From positions 1 to 14,869 of the forward strand of contig JBKBOT010000035.1 in assembly GCA_046293555.1 (NCBI GenBank): 14,869 bases of DNA. The letters run 5' to 3'. Below the pieces are notes generated by a model, which ran no database searches, was not told where the DNA came from, and worked only from the letters and a program-made list of their open reading frames with translations. The number at the start of each line of letters is the position of its first letter. The stretch's first letter is position 1. The stretch is from Pyrobaculum sp. (lineage in GTDB: Archaea; Thermoproteota; Thermoprotei; Thermoproteales; Thermoproteaceae). This document shows positions 14,490-14,869 of the stretch, one piece after another. The position numbers were made by a program, and so were the translations under genes.

Positions 14490-14869
14490 ATGGTTAATTG
14501 GTGGGAGCGGTTCAACATAAAGGTGGGATTCGACATGAAGACAGATGAAGAAAAGAAAAAGGAGGTAGCCAAACCACAGCCGCCGGCAAAAGAGGTAGAG
14601 AGGCCGAAAGAACATCCACCAGCCCCAAAGCCGAAAGAAAGGGGGTGGTGGGAAAACTTCAATTTCAGCATTGGATTCGGCACACCGAAAACACCTCCAA
14701 AAGAGGAACCTCCAAGGCCGGAGCCTAAGCCGGTACAACCAGCTCCAAAACCAACACCTCCACAACCACCTAGACAAGAGCCTAGACCACAGCCAACACC
14801 TCCACAACCACCTAGACAAGAGCCTAGACCACAGCCAACACCTCCACAACCACCTAGACAAGAGCCTAG
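14490..14869 (+). CDS. Pro-rich protein related to 11936..14452, 3'-truncated by the window edge (not in ORF track)
   Basis: My translation: MVNWWERFNIKVGFDMKTDEEKKKEVAKPQPPAKEVERPKEHPPAPKPKERGWWENFNFSIGFGTPKTPPKEEPPRPEPKPVQP... TATAAATA lies 25 nt upstream. Confidence 0.88.
   Translation, partial: MVNWWERFNIKVGFDMKTDEEKKKEVAKPQPPAKEVERPKEHPPAPKPKERGWWENFNFSIGFGTPKTPPKEEPPRPEPKPVQPAPKPTPPQPPRQEPRPQPTPPQPPRQEPRPQPTPPQPPRQEP
14751..14869 (+). repeat. Perfect 42-bp tandem repeat (at least 2.8 copies), encoding PTPPQPPRQEPRPQ
   Basis: CCAACACCTCCACAACCACCTAGACAAGAGCCTAGACCACAG at 14751 and 14793, partial at 14835. Confidence 0.95.

Noticed and set aside
11923-14861. Minus-strand ORFs rich in W/R/L/G (e.g. 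13328..13954, 14370..14861, 12724..13212)
   Set aside because: Antisense shadows of Pro-rich codon repeats.

Overview
Densely packed archaeal DNA of roughly 50% GC, mostly short hypothetical genes on both strands. Many genes have a TATA box about 24-27 nt before the start codon, which implies leaderless mRNAs. Two CC1-family chromatin proteins point to a Thermoproteales (Pyrobaculum/Thermoproteus) or Aeropyrum-type host. The lack of housekeeping operons suggests a virus, provirus or large plasmid, but no capsid, integrase or replication hallmark is visible, so this is inference. Several genes look like altered copies of host genes: a stand-alone Cas8a2/Csa4-like gene with no other cas genes or array in the window, an AAA_15/AAA_21-type ABC ATPase with degenerate catalytic motifs, a divergent TFB coupled to a DUF6884-like ORF, and two CC1 paralogues. 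There is also a membrane-anchored HEXXH metallopeptidase and several HTH/RHH regulators. The window ends with an 838-aa Pro-rich protein carrying 7 copies of one ~22-aa motif and 5 copies of a second, followed by a related Pro-rich gene (missed by the ORF track) that runs off the end in a perfect 42-bp tandem repeat. All family assignments come from motif recognition by eye; no database search was run.
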